A DNA stretch of 64,000 nt from Chrysomallon squamiferum (GCA_012295275.1 CM022665.1:30318001-30382000); one strand, 5' to 3'; positions 12,642-28,385 are shown, counted from the stretch's first letter. Program-made: numbers and translations. Notes: generated from the letters alone by a model not told the origin.

Positions 12642-15600
12642 ACATATATATATACATATTTTTTTAATTTATTTTTTCCGATATAAGCTTAATACAATGC
12701 ACATTTTCCGAAGTCAGACGAAAGCTCAAAACATAATTTATTTCATTCCCCGATGATCTGATTTTATTTTTATTGCTGTTGTATCTGCTGTTATGGATAT
12801 GAATGTTGCGTGTTTTCTGACCCATCTGAAATGCTTTATTTTACGAAACAGACCAGTATACTCGTAACGCCGCCGTAAAGAACAATGCCGGTTTAATAGT
12901 ATTGTAATGGCGTTATTGATTTTCGTTAAAGGGATTCCGTACCGAAGTGTAGCGTATGCTGCATATATTAATTAATTTATCAATCGAAATGTATGCAAGC
13001 TTTGTGAAATGTCAAAGTGTGGTGAGGTCTGCTGTATATTCCAACACGTATTGTAATCTTTAAGTGGGTATTGGATAAACTGTACGGTGTAGTATGATAT
13101 ATTAATGTATTGGAAAGAACGGAAGCGATCGCCGTGGCCTAGAGGATATTAGTTAAATGGGATGCGACATTTCATTATCACATCACATTATAATGTAACG
13201 AATTAGATTCGCGTAAAGGTCGTTAACGTGTACCTTTGGTGGTACTAACATATGACCTACATATATTTTCCGAATTACAGTTTTGTGTAACTAACGATCT
13301 GTCTGCACTAATAAAGTGTGACAAAAAAAAAGAAGAAGAAGAAAAAGCCCACAAACAAACGAAAACAACAGTCTTAAATAAAGATGCAAGTAGGCCAAAA
13401 CAAATAAATAAATAAAATAAAAAAAATTCTCTTCTTTTAAGACTTCAACAGGTGCATGATAAATCTGAAAATAAATTACTGCTGAATTGCTAAATTCTCA
13501 TTTTATCAAGTTTTTCTTACGTTTCTACGCACGAAATTATCTAACGATAACGAAGGAAAATGTCGTCCTTTATCAGCTGTTGTTTTATTGTATTTGATTA
13601 ACAAAGACGGATGGTCGGAAGAAACAAGTAAAACGTAATGTATTTAGACCATTTGTTCATACCGCTCCAGGACTATCGAAAATCATTATACCATGTCTTT
13701 CACATATTATATCACAACAGAAAACCTGCCTACAAAATACACCATAGCGAATGAATTAAAACAAATTCCACCATCGCAAAAGAAAATATGTGTGATTAGC
13801 TTTAACAGATGATAATTAGTTTGTACACATCTGTATAACTATCTGTGAAAAAATGTTATACTACTTCCTCAGCGAATGGTACTACGTATTTTTAAATAAA
13901 GATAACCAACTGTTAAACGTTATTACATTCTAATATAAAATACATAAGATGAATACGTAAAGAAATTAAATATTTTGTACATATCGTAATGTACTGACCT
14001 ATTTTTTATTTTTTTATATCAAGATTTATTCATGACCTAATAACGAACCTGGTATTTTACTGGTATTTAATACGGACCAAGCATGGTTAAAATGACTTTT
14101 GATTATTCACAGTCTGATACTAATAATTATGTTTCTGTCTCAGTTCTTATTCATTAGATAAGAGAGTTTTCATATCTTGCTGATGGTGGTGTAGATGATA
14201 TGAAATAAATATGTCAGGAGATGTTTAATTACTAAAGGGAAGGTTGTGTTCTTTGTCTGGTAGCTTGCTAGATCCTTTCCCTCTGCAGCCTTTCCCGTTA
14301 CAGTCAGTGTCAAAAATGTCGCGATATGTGCTTTCCTACCTAAGGGAAGGTTGTAATCGAAAAGAGTAACCCAATACAGTATGACAACATATTTTCTCTT
14401 TCTTTTTGTATTGTCCTTAACCATATGCATGATCCAGTATCACATTACGTAGACTACAAATGTGTTGAATGTTTGTTTAACAAAAATTCAACAGGTGAAC
14501 AGAAATGAATGTCTCAAAACAACCGTAAAAAATTTGAATTAAAGCACAAAATACGTAGCAAAAAAAAAAATAATAATAATAAAAAAATCACAATTATATA
14601 GATCTTTATAAATGCAGGAGACGAGATCACGACACAGATATATTTATTTGACTTCTCTTATAAGAAAATTTTATTTATAAACTGAATCATTTGTACCTTA
14701 TTTTCTTGTTCCAAAGCCACCACAGTGATTTCACTTAATTTTTTTCTGAATCCTGGATTCGCCCTTGGTTGAAGAAATCAATCAACTGAAAATGCAATTA
14801 CTTGGACTCTCAATAATTACGATGGACAAAAGCGCATGTTCAGGAATTTTGTATCTTCTTTCTAGGTTTCGGTAGGTAAATACAAGTAAATTTGTAACCT
14901 AATTTTTTTTTTTTTTCTTGCAAGAGAGGATAGGTGGATAAATGAATAAACTAGTAATTAAAATATTATTGCATTTAAAAAAAAAAATCTTTTATTTATT
15001 TATTATTTATTTCCTATTATTATTTTTTTTATCTTCATCCTTATTGTTATTATTATTATTATTATTATTATCATTTAATATACGAGTAAATAGACAAACA
15101 AATAAGCTTGCAATTTAGCTATTATACTCTGTTAAAATCAGTATAATTTTTAAAGTTAACAACCGCAATCCGATTATTATCATTTATGGATAACTACCAT
15201 CAAAGACAAACCTTCATGTTTCCTGCAACACTTGGAAAAACGGTCATTAAAAATTTAATGCCAGGAAATAAATCACATAAAATCGTCTTATTATGAAATG
15301 GTAGGACTAGATAATCAAACAGCTCTGAGCAATTTAGCATTAATTTCTTCTGCTTCAAACACGACAGTTATTTGAAAACTGATCTGAAAAACATTCAAAA
15401 GGTCAGATTCCTGCTGCCGTGTAGTTGGTTATTTGAAAATAAAAAACAAATTAATAGTGATGTTTAAAAAAAAAAAAATAGAAAAATAAATAGAAAAAAA
15501 AAAAAATATATATATATATATATATTTTTTTATTATAATTTAATTTTGTATTTCTTTATTTGTTTTTTTGCTTGTTTTTATATTTGTTTAATTGTTGTTT

Positions 15601-18600
15601 TTTGTTTGTCTTTTTTCTTCTTTATTATTTATTATTTTCACTTTTATTTATTTATATTTGTTTTATTTAATGTGATTTTCTTCATTTAATAAATGTATTT
15701 ATTTTTAAATCTTTGACAGTTGCGCGAATTTATATAAAAAGAACATTTGTTTAATATTATTTTCTACCAGGTTTTTTCATGACATACTAATAATAAATAT
15801 AGAGGAATTATTAACTAAATTCGCCTCTGAGATCGAACGAGTCACTATCTATATAACCTATCCACTCTGCCATCCGGCATCCCTGTTATTCTGACGATTG
15901 TTTCCATAGCAACCAGAACCCATGAGAGCCTTAAATGGTATCTGTAGACCGTTACCACGCATCACTGCAGGTTGCTTCCATATGTTCATTGATTCTGCAG
16001 AATGTGACCGAAATCTCGCGCTTATACAATATGTAGAGCTTTTTTCCTGGGACGACATCACGCAATGAAGACCGCATATTGATAAATAATCATTGCCATA
16101 AGTCTTTATTTGTTTTTTATTTTTTCAATATTTTTATTTTTGTAAAAACGTGCTGACACGCTAAACATTAACAGAGATAAAAGTGAGAGTAATCATCATT
16201 ATCAATGCCATCATTATCGATGTAATCATTATTATCATCACCACAATTATCATCATCAACATCATCATTACCATCATCAGTGTTGCTGGACTGCATGACA
16301 CAGTCGTTTCATTATTAAATTAAGAAATATAAAACTAGATAGAGACACAGAAACACACACACACATACACACACACACATACATACATACACACGCACAC
16401 ACATACATACATACACACGCACACACATACATACAAAATACACACAGGTACATACATACAGACAGGCATATAAATACATAATTATATTGATAATCACAGA
16501 GAGAAAATAAAAGACAAAATATGATTTTATTTTTCAAATTTAACAAACTCACGCACACTCATACACAAAACACGCATTGTATATATATATATATCTGTAG
16601 GAGTACAAGGTCTAAACCCCAATCAAAGAGCTTTCAGAATTTAACGACATAACTAACACACCACCTGTGGCTTTGTAACAGACTTTAAAATCAGCTGAAA
16701 CTGTCGTCATTACACGGGTATGCTACTGTTGCTAATTGTTGTTCATTGTCCACGTACGCAAATGAACAGATGTGTTTCGTTCCAGATGTCACAATGGGCT
16801 CATTGCAGAGCGAGATTAGAAGCCGATTGCTATCATTGGTGCCACTGCACGGCCTTTTGCATTCACATGATAAATTGTCTTTCAAATTGATTGCAACCTG
16901 AACTCAAGTTGTTGCTGTTGGAAGGTGTCTCCTGATACCAGGAGTTTGCACTAACGTTAGTTGGGCTTCTGAAACAGTGATCAGCAAGAAACGGAATATT
17001 TAGTGCCAAGCAACAGCTGATATTGTTACATCACCAGGGAATGCTTGGAAACATAGATTATTCAATGTAATTGGGGTTATTATTCAAATTATTCTGTTTG
17101 AGTTAAAGCCTGATATAAGCACATTGTCATGGTACAGACGAAACTGCAGGAATCATGTAACAGAACTCTAGTTTGCTGACTAGAGCTAGAGATTAGAGGT
17201 TACTTGGAGTCAGTGTGTCCTGTCACATTGTATTATTATTATTCTGTCCTATTACCTTTTAATATCATATACTATCTTTTTTTTCCCATTGCCCTATGTT
17301 AAACCTAACACAGATTATTTCTCTGATAAATTAACAGAACTACGCACATTCACGTAACAAAGTGGGAAAGAATCTGTGGTTTGTGATCTGGCACTGTAGA
17401 CCTATTTATTAATTATGTTTCGTCTATCTGAATACAATCTAAGGTTTCCGGTTTAATTAATCTAGAATAATTCCACACCGGCAGATTCGTGGTAACGTGT
17501 GGCTAGAATGTCAGCAGATAGAAGATTACTGGTAGCAGGTCATTAGATGGTTTGCTTGGCTTTATTTGACTCAGCCCTCGATGCTTTCACGGTATGTCAG
17601 AGGAATTATACTAAGCCGCGAAAAGAAAATCTTCAAACTTCAGTATTAACTTTAGTAAACATGTAATCTTGGTGATCCATTTAGAGCTTATTTTTAGCGC
17701 TGGTCCGAATTTCATCATATTTAATTTTAAAAAGCTCTCATTACAGTTTAATGCAATTTTTTTTAAAGAATAATCAAATAATCATATTTTTTTTCTTAAA
17801 TTTAAATATAACACGCCTACGTGTATTTTTAGTGGACAACATTTATCATATTTTCTATTACTTATGAACTAGAGAATAAAAAAAAAAAATGTATCTATGT
17901 TATGGCGCCAAGATATCACATTTGTGTCAAATCTTTTTGCAAACTGTAACGTTTTACGCCATCACATTTTTAATTTCCATTTGGGATGATATGTACTGGT
18001 TATATATTTATTAATTATATTTTTCAACTAAAGCATTATTACTATCCGCTTTTCACAGTCCTATCCACTTTTCATGTTCTAAATTTCTTTACAACCGCTT
18101 CGTCCTTGCCAGAAAGGAAACAAGTTTAATCAGATTTTTTTTTATTTTTTTTATGTGGGCTATAAAGGACGGCCATCTTTAATATGATTCTACGTGGATC
18201 ACGTTTTAGGTCGAGTTTTCTTTTCCCTATTCTGCTAGACGTGAGGAGTGAGAAGGTTGACATGTAATCTATTGATCTGTAGCGGTGTGATCGACAAGGT
18301 ATTACGGTTCTCGCATATTGAAGTGCAGTGGGTTATATACTGAGTTCAAGTATGTCAGGAATGATTCGCTGATCGTCACAGAAAACCGCCAGTAATGATG
18401 ACACATTAAACCCTTAAGAAGTCCACGTCAAAAATGGCCTCAGTTTGAAAACGTATTATATTTATTCACCTGTTACTTCTGGTAAACTGAGCACCAGTGT
18501 TCATTTTAAACTGTGGGAAAAACATACCGTTGTTTTTATTGCGCTCAGTATACACAAATAATCCATTCCTAAGCAGAATTTCGCATAATCCCTTGTTCTT

Positions 18601-18962
18601 ACATCGTTCATCATTTTGACATCAATGCGTCATAGACTACTTTCTCTATACATCTTTTATGTCTTTCCTCGTTTATCTTCATGATTGGAGAGAAAAAAAT
18701 TAAGAATATTACCGCACAGAGCTAGCCACATTCTCTGCGGCGACATTATTTTAACGTGTGGTAATGAGAATGCATTGTGACAGATTTAGGTTGCACACAG
18801 ATTTGACAAAGAAAGTAACGACGACTAATCTTTATGTAAATTTGTCTCTGTTACATTGTAAACATCATTAGAGAGAAAAAGTGATAACGAGAAACATAAC
18901 AGTCAGACAGAAAGACAAACAGAAATAGAGAGAGTCTGTGTGTAATAAAGATAATTAACTAA

Positions 18963-18997
<35 letters not shown>

Positions 18998-21900
18998 AGA
19001 AAAGAAAGAAAACAGAAAGATAGAGAGAATCGTGATAATTCTTTTGAAATATATTCAGATTTTTTAATTAAACCGAAGGAACATTTTGGTGTAAAAATAT
19101 GAGTATTTTGGACAAAAAGATTAAAATAATTAAATAAATAAAAGTAGGAAAAAAGAAGAAAAAAGTAAAGATACCTACATCAGTTATAAGTTATTATTTG
19201 AATGAAATATATTATTACTATGAGCCAAATGGCTTGTTAAAACTAATAAACCATTATTTACCATCAGTATAATTATTATCCACCTACACGACAAACGATC
19301 AGTGTAATGTAACATATAGGTACATTTTCTCTCCTAAATATAATATATTTCACTGATGTCAATGTACATATTATGAATTTATATATATATATATATATAA
19401 AATAAATAAACAAATAAATAAATAAATAAAGCCACATATTTCTAAGGAGGCGGCGCACATATATAGTTTCTTCTCTTAAATAAAAATAAATTAAATTCAC
19501 TGTAATAATGCTTCTACATCCTTTTTCTGAAAAATTACGAGTATTTTGAATATACTTTTTTTTAGCGGATATGTACGTATGTATGTATGTTTGAGTATTT
19601 ATGTGCTTTTTTGTATGTATATGGGCTGTGTATGTATCTGTGTATATATATGTATACGTTATTAAATATTTATATGCACATAAACACACATCCAAAACAA
19701 AACTCTCACACAAGTGACGTCGGTTATTGCCTACACATAAAGTGCAGGACGCGATGGGAAATGAATATAAGTGACTGAAGAATCACACAAACACGTATAA
19801 TATCAACTTCCATTGACATTAAAGTTATTTCAAATGCAGATTTCTCAGCAGTGATAATCAAAACTCTCCATAAAAATAACCAGACACAATATTTTTTTCT
19901 TATCTTTTAAATATCAGACTGATAAGAGGCGCAGACGCCTACGTTGTATAAAGACTTCGCGTTGTACAAGAAAAGAGATACAAGGTCGTTTATCACTGTT
20001 TGAAACGGTTTCGTTTTTCAGAGAAATCGAATCCCCATTTATCATAACAATAACAGCGTTATGTTTACAACTGATTTATTCAATATTTCTTTTAAAAATT
20101 CAATTCATAAGTTTTTCTTAAAACTTCACTGAAGAAATTATTCTATTAAAATTCAGTGAATATATTATTCATTATAAAATTCAATTAATAAATTATTCGT
20201 AAGTGTCAGTTCATAAATTATTCCCCCAAAAAAAACTAATTACTAAATAATATTTATTCTTTTAAAACTTTATTATGTTAATAAATAATTTATTTTAAAA
20301 TTATTTTTCAATTTAAATTAAAAATTTAAATAACTTTGAAATCGTTTCTACTCTAAAAAACACTGCACTTTTAAGCTGTATTAACAAACTTCACAGCAAA
20401 TGCCACAACCTTTAAACAAAGTATAATATTCTTTTAGGTAAATATCTAGTGACATTTTCCTTACACCAAACACTCATATCGGCTGCTTTATTTCTTTGAT
20501 CGGGCGAATAAGCTCATTATATTGTTGACTGGATGTACTGTTTAAGAAGTCTTTCCACAAACTGGCGCTAATTACTTTTTCCGTCTAGTATAGCCTGGCG
20601 ACTTGCTGATATAGATACTAATTGCCTACAGTGTAAATCGGTGCTAATATAGATTTTATCGAGATCAACATGTTTTGCAAACAATATTTCTCTCGGTCTC
20701 CTTGTTATATTTAATCATGTGTTATGTGGGCGCCTTTGTTAGACAGCAGATTGATTGGAGATGCAGTTGGTTGTTGGAGCAATCTGGTTCAGTAAATTGG
20801 AAATATTCTTAATACGTACTCTGCAATATTCCCGTTCCAGGATTTCAGAAAGAGGAGGACCGTCATTGTGGAGTGTATAACACATTATAAATAAAACAAA
20901 CTGAATATGAAATGAGTTTCACTGTTTAGAGAAAAAAAAAAAAAAACAGTTGCCTTATCTTGATTCTAGTGTTGAGTGGAGAGTAGTGAAGCATTCTTGA
21001 TTCAGAACAAAATATTTGTAGTTACTGCAGTACTTCAATCTTAGGAAACAATGGTTTGTAAGATCTTAGCATCCAGGATTACTTTCTCCAGCACAACCAC
21101 AAAAATACAAAATTGTGTGTGACAATATATGTAAAAGATAGCTTGCTGCTAATAATGAAAAATAGCCTATATTTGATGATTAGAATAATAACTCATAATT
21201 TTGTGCAACAATATTTTTTTGTTTTTCATTTTTATTATTAATATTAAATCATTTATTCATTCGGAGAAAATATGAAATACAACGTAAATTCAAATGACTA
21301 TTTTTGTTTATCTGTGGTTTACACTGTTTGAACTTGGAATCATATAACTCCATTGACTTTGTACTGTCTGTACTAGCGTATCAGAACGTCTTGTGTTTTA
21401 TTTATTTTAAATTTGAGTCATTCACATGATTATATTCTCATTTAAGGAAAAAGAATGAGAAAGAAAGACAAGAGAAGAAGCAAAACCCAGAGAGAGAGGG
21501 GAGAACTGACACATATACATAAACTAAAATAAACCAACACAATATATAAAAACCAAATAAATAATAGTACAATTCTGAAATTAAATATTTTAATGTTGTT
21601 GTTTTTTGGTCCATATAATAACGTACCTTTCTCTTGGGCAAATATTATATTTATGCATTTTAGCCGAGAAGCAAAATCTATAGCTCAATGTTGCAGTCTA
21701 ATTGTATTATCATTTTACAGATGCATTCATCGCCGTATTCACACATTTTCTTCATGAAGTCTGCAGAATCCATTTCCTTTTATGAACCCGAAGGCTTTAT
21801 GTTCAGATAACTCATTAGCATCTAAATCATAAAATTTCAGAGAGAAACTCAAAGTATACCTTTGTCTTCCATCTTCGTGTTTAGAAACGTCGTAGTCTGT

Positions 21901-23791
21901 AATTAAAGATTTCGTTTCCATGGCTGAAACACTAACAGAAGCACTGGCTTCTGTGTGTACAGGTCATCTTACTCGGGTTAAAATAATACGCTGAATTCAG
22001 TTAGGTGTAAGGTGACGAGTATCGAGTCCATTAGTTTTAAGATTTCGGGTTTAGAGTTCATTGGTTTAATATGACAGGATGAAGTGTGTTGATTTTATGA
22101 TAGGAGGTTGGCGATTTTATGATTTATAAAATGGCAGGAAGTGAGTTCATCATATATTTATGTTAGCTGCGACGGAGTTCTGTGAGTTTAAGGCGGTAGA
22201 CAGCACATCCATTTCCTTGAAACAGTATTTTGCCCTTTGGTTGATTGTTATAGATTAGCTAGCCCATTTGTTTTAAATTCAATGTCATTAATGTTGTCGA
22301 TAGTTCACTGGTTTAATGTGGCTATCGTTTTTTAAATTCGGTTCAGTCAATGTTTCAGATAGTTCGCTGGTTTAATGTTTGTTAACATTTTTTTTAAATC
22401 AGTGTAATCAGTGTTATAGATAGCCCATTGCTTAATGATGTGCAGGTTGTGAGCTTACATGTGAGATAAGTTTGCTGAGTGTAAATTCTTAAGTTAAGTG
22501 CAGAAGGTAGTTAATTAGGTGTCTTTGAGAACGAAATATAGAAAAGTTATTGAACTTACTTTACTGAATGTATTCAACTATTTCTTTAGGTTCTCCTCAG
22601 CGGCCCCCTTGGGCTATTGTCCCCACAGGCTATCTTACCCTCCCACGACTAACATAGGAAAGTGCATGTAACTGAATTATAGTTGCTAACTGAGAAAACG
22701 TTGCCAATCGTATGATACCTTTTTTGGATATAGTAATAATTTATATTATTATAATTAATGTGGTTTATTTATTTATTTATTTATTTGTTTATTTATTTAT
22801 TTATTTATTTACTTACTTATTTATTTACTGCTGATCTTTGTTTTATTGTTGTTATTTACTACCATTAATACTACTACTGCTACTATCATTATATTATTAC
22901 CATTAACACTACTACTATTACTTCCCCCCGAAACCACTGCCTTTATCATCTGTACTGGTACTACTATAACGACTACTACTGCTACTGCAACATCTAAAAC
23001 AAAAACAAAAACTAATCAGTACAAAAGTACATATAAATGAAGCAGGCATTACATACAATATTTTAACAATACTTCTATCACTATTATTTTACTGTGTCTA
23101 TTTTTGTATTTGTATTGTCTACACAGAACTATGCGCTAGTGCATTCTGCTGACAACGTTTCCATAAAACCATGCAGAACAATGAGCGGATTAAACTACAT
23201 TTATTATTGATTGATGTCCCCTGCCGTTGAATGCCATTTAGAAAATTATAATTAGATTAAAGCCACAATATATAATCTTCATATATTTGTGTTTTCTTCT
23301 ATTCAGGCTTTGTTTCAAAACCGAACATTCATAGATAAATGCAAACAAGGTCAAACGGAATTAAAAACCAAATGAATGTCTTATTGTTTTTCCATCAGCA
23401 TTGATCGGTTGGAATGAAATATTTGAAACCAGCGTAAACCTGTTTTGGAAAACCCAGCATTTCTGATTATTGATGATGTCAATATTTTAGTTCCCACTAT
23501 GATGATGATGAAGATGACTATGATAATAATAATAATCTTAAAGCTATGATCTCCTTACTGGTAATATTTATGATATTTTTCTCTCTTTTTTTTCACACAC
23601 TAAGCCATAAATAACAGTCTAAATGGAAATATTGCATTTGCAAAACAAAACAAAACAAAAAAATATATGAAGCAGGAAAATTCAGTTATTATCTTTTTTT
23701 CGATATCACTTAAATCGTGTATGTCAAGGATATATATATTACGCAATCACAGAGAAAAGGGTTTTGTGTGCTTGCGTGTGTGCGTCAAATT

Positions 23792-24081
23792 CAAGGCCCG
23801 GGCCTAGCGTTATTAGCGTCCCTGGCGTTTTAATATCGGCGCCCTAGCTGACGGTCGCTGAAATGTCCTTTGTCAGTTCTTTTTCACAGTTTGGTCTCCA
23901 AACATTAAGAATTAATAATCAGAGTGTTGACTTCAATCAACATTTTTTTTTTTTTAATTTTTTTATTACGTTAACAAATTTCCCTTGTATTTTGAAGATC
24001 CTAAACACACGAGGTGCGCCCTTTAGCATGTCACGCCCCTTGGGCGACTGCCTGAAGTGCCGGTAACGTCAGCACGTCCTG
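23792..24081. mobile_element. Decayed non-autonomous DNA transposon (hAT-type MITE), about 290 bp
   Basis: GC-rich ends around an AT-rich core. The left end CAAGGCCCGGGCCT and right end AGCACGTCCTG are degenerate inverted termini. Subterminal G(G/T)GCGCCC/CGCCCC motifs occur at both ends. Flanking 8-mers GTCAAATT (23784-23791) and GTCATGTT (24082-24089) match 6/8, consistent with an old 8-bp TSD. Confidence 0.65.
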
Positions 24082-25402
24082 GTCATGTTTGTACATAAGG
24101 AATGAATACTAGGGCTAAAAATATAATTAACAGTTTGTTTCTCTTCTGTTTAGTTTTTTCCTCACAAAATTCCCGACACACCAACTCACACGGCTAACGG
24201 GCAAGTAACAGTGGATGATGGTCGATGTAGCAATCATACGAACCATAAACACTTCTAAAATGATTTCCCGTGTTTTCTGTATTGTTATTGATTCCAGATT
24301 AACATTCGTGGTGCTTCGGGTCCATGATAACAAATATCAAACGCGACATTACTTGACTGACTTGCAGGGAATGTGACTTTCCTGGCGCACAGATATTTAT
24401 TTATTTTATTTAAAGAAGAAAAAAAAAGAAGTTTAACTCTTTCTTCTCGCATGCTGGTCGATACGTGACAATTGTATTATGTTTTTGCATGATCTGGTTC
24501 TTGCTGATTACAGTGTTCTCGACGACACAAACTGATTATGAGTTAATAAATAAACGAACACGAACTATCTTTATCGACCTTGTTTCTCGTATTAATCAAG
24601 GTCTGTTCTTTATCAGGTAGCTGGAACGGAAATTTATTTATGCTGTGGAAAACATTTTATAGATCGAGTTGGTGTATTTTTAGGATGCTCATGTTTGTGC
24701 ATTGTGTTTTTGCATATGTGTACGAGTGTGTATATGTAAGTACGTGTGTGTTTATGAATGCATGCAAGTAAGAACTGAAATTTAAAACTGTCCTGTATGT
24801 ACGTGTTAGAAAATCGTTGTATACATAGTGTAAAGTGACTGAATTTGCCCACCGGTGATAGAACACTGAAATAACAATGACCACTTTCTAGATGTTCAAA
24901 CTGTGATAACTGATTTGACATTGACTAAGTATTTTCAATGTTACTAAGGTTATACAAAACATGTATGTCACGGATTTCTGTTAAAATCGTTATCCGGTTT
25001 ACTGTGGAAGTATGGCAACATGGGTGATTTTTATATACATTGCTACTCATGCAGTCGTATACTCTTTATCTTTAGTATTTGAAAAGATGGTGAATCCGGA
25101 GAGGGAAATAATAGTTCACGTTTCTGGGTCCAGTTATGTAGATACATACGTCTGTGGGTGGCTGTGAGTGTGTGGGTTCGAGTAGACACTGTGAAAACAT
25201 TTGACAATATTGCCATATTGTTCTGGGTGCCAGAAAAAAACTCAGTGTAAAGATAAATATGTAGATCTATTTACGAGAAGTCTTCTGGTGGCTACATGGT
25301 GCACTTGGCTCTAATATCTTGTATTAGCATTATATTAATGATGCATACATAACTGACTTTATTGCACTTTTTAAATAGTATCCAAATTTCTGTTAGGTAT
25401 GT

Positions 25403-25448
<46 letters not shown>

Positions 25449-26140
25449 TATTTAATATATTGTATTTCAAAAAGTAAACTGCGTTGAGAGAGATTCTAAG
25501 TGGTTTCACATAATTTATTAAATTATTCTGTAATCTTTACATTTCATTATATCATTATCATCGATTTTGTCACATCACTAGGTATGTTAGTCTGCATCTA
25601 AAATGTTTTATTTAAGGTAAAATAAATATTTAATTTAAACACATTGCTTTGTAAATTCAGAAAATGCTAAAATATTTCAGTTTGACTTGTATTTTTAATT
25701 TTGATTTGTTTTGTCAGATCATCAGATATTTATTTCTACATATGTCTGTTTAATGGACTTTTTAATGTAAGATTAACTGTACATCAAACTGGTTACTTTG
25801 CAAATCAGCCGTTAATAGGTAAATATTTTGGTTTGAAAAATCATTAAAACACTCTCAAAAGATTAATAGTGTAATTATTTTACTGATATACCTTAGCATG
25901 TTAGTCATGAACATTTTTTGGTATTTAATGTCTTCTGTACGTCATTATTACTTTCAGATTAAATATAATTCCTCTGCGTTCTCTCTCATTTTCTATCTCT
26001 GAGTCTGGCTTTGTATTTGTAGATTTCTCTCTCCCACTTTCTCATCTAATCTAATTTTATATGCCTATCTCTTTCTCTGTCAGTTTGTCTAGCTAGCTAT
26101 CTAGCTATCGATTTGCCTACCTACACAGATCCATTCATGC

Positions 26141-26141
<1 letters not shown>

Positions 26142-26206
<65 letters not shown>
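26142..26206. repeat. (CT)n microsatellite
   Basis: Direct reading. Confidence 0.96.
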
Positions 26207-26210
<4 letters not shown>

Positions 26211-28272
26211 ATCTCTAAAAATACATTAATATAAAATACATATATATAAAAAGTACATTTTCTGATCAGCTTTGGGTATTTTGCACTGAGAAGGTGCGGC
26301 TATCGACTTTCAAATGACTCATCCCTAGCATGATGTATTTACTTATGATTGGTCGTTACCATGACAGTCGCGAGATATCCCAAATGAGATTAGTTCACTA
26401 TGACTATTACAGCCAAGCAGATATCAATACAAGTTGTTAATAAAACACAGACGTCGTGACTCTGCTAGTGTCAGGGTATGTCAGTGTCGTTCCATTCTCG
26501 CAGTGAAGGTTCAGGATTCCAGTTCCAGTCCTTATATTGGTTATTTAGGATATTTTATTATTCTTTTCATTACACCGTAACTTTTGTGAAGACCCAATTA
26601 GTATTTCTGGTTTTCCAGTCTGTTATATAAAATTATCTTAGTTTTTTTTTTTAAAGTAAAGCTGTCATATGTAGAGTGATCATTTCTTACTTTCTGATAT
26701 TTTCAATCATCAGTTCTTATCACAACTCTTTTCTTTCAGTACGTTCTGGCAGAAGGGATAAACACGTGGGCAGGAATCTGGGCAAAAATGTATTGTATCA
26801 TATTAGCTTTACATTAAGCCTATCCCAAACGTTTTTTTTACTGCATATCGTAGTTAGCGTGCGCTGAATGCTGATTAGGTATTAAATTAGAAGTAGTGAC
26901 GGGCGATCCCACAGCTTTGCTTTCACAAACGCGTTAAAATTAGTTTACCTTAATTTTAAATGGAAAATAAAAAGAAACTATGCGAATAGACAGGAAATTT
27001 GTAATTGGCAGACACTCCTTTGTAAGTAATTAACTATAACAAGCAATTTCTTCTTCTTCTCTTCTTTATGGGTCCAGTAATAATGTTTTCTAGGTGTTCT
27101 TAATTTGTATCATTTAAGACGGTTGTTGGTAGGAGTGTTGTATATTGTAACTATGACTTGTGTTTGCCAGTAATGTGTCTTAAGTGACCGCCAGAAGTAA
27201 TTATTAGGCAGGCTAATACCAGTCGTGTATTGTAATAGGCATAAAGACTGGATTTAGCGGCAAAACATTCCTGATTTGACGATTTTCGATCCCGTCTGAT
27301 CTTAATGAACGGTTAAGACGTGATACCGGAATGTCAATCCTGGTTCATTAAGGTTGTGTAAACATTTTGTTCTTCTTCTGCTCAGTCTTTCTTATTTACA
27401 TCGTCTTCTTCTTCTTTCTTTTTCTTTATTCTTTCACATCCTCATTTTATTCTTCTTTTCTTGGTTTCCTCCTTTTTTCATTCTTTTCATTTTCATTGTT
27501 TTTTTGTTTTTATTGCCTTTCCTTTTTTCTTCTTTAGTACTTATTTTGTAAGTTCGTCTCGCTGAGTTTTGGCTTCAGTTACTGAGCATATACTTCAGAT
27601 TTTAATGTTGGTCTTTATTACCTACGTCTTTATATCCAAACCAGCTTTTAGTTTAATCTCAGTCTTTCCATAACCATAATATTATTGTCCACGACTCTTT
27701 GTCTTTCACGTTTTCATTTTAAAAATATGAGAAAAGGACGTAAATAAAACAGAAATAAAAGAAATTATGAATTATTTATTAAAATTATTAGTTTTAATAT
27801 ATTCACGTGCCACACACCAAAGAGCGACCTCTGGATTGCGTGCAAGACACATAGCAGTTTTCTGCAGGTGGAAGGCAATCTAATCTATGGCTTGTTGAAA
27901 TACTAATGGCATTAGCGACAATGTTCTGAATCACTCGTAGTTTGTGAATCTATTAAAGAGGCATGGTCATCGATTTTCACTACCAAATCAATCTTCATCA
28001 TACGTGAACGAACTGGAACAATCCAGAATGTTTTCTTCTTCTTCTTCTTCCTTTTTTTTTTTTTTTTTTTTTCGGCAGCCGCAGATTCCAGAGATAAATA
28101 CTTGGTAATTTGATGAAGATTTTTAAATATAGAAATATTTAAAAGTACAATTAACATTTGAAACTAAATATATCTAATGTAATACATGACATCTTTAGGT
28201 TTTACTCGTTTAAATATATATAAAACAGAATAGGTATAATTAATAGACACACGTGTTCATTATCTTCCTGTC

Positions 28273-28275
<3 letters not shown>

Positions 28276-28369
<94 letters not shown>

Positions 28370-28385
28370 ACACAAACACACACAC
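28276..28385. repeat. Compound (CT)n(CA)n microsatellite
   Basis: Direct reading. Confidence 0.96.

Noticed and set aside
13129-13215. TGGCCTAGAGG A-box-like motif suggesting a tRNA or SINE
   Set aside because: No proper B box or cloverleaf follows; too short to call.
14751-14768. CCTGGATTCGCCCTTG resembling a MITE terminal repeat
   Set aside because: No convincing partner end or TSD found.
16691-17050. GC-richer patch with short Cys-containing ORFs on both strands
   Set aside because: ORFs are short, lack recognisable motifs and have no good donor; may be regulatory but unsupported.
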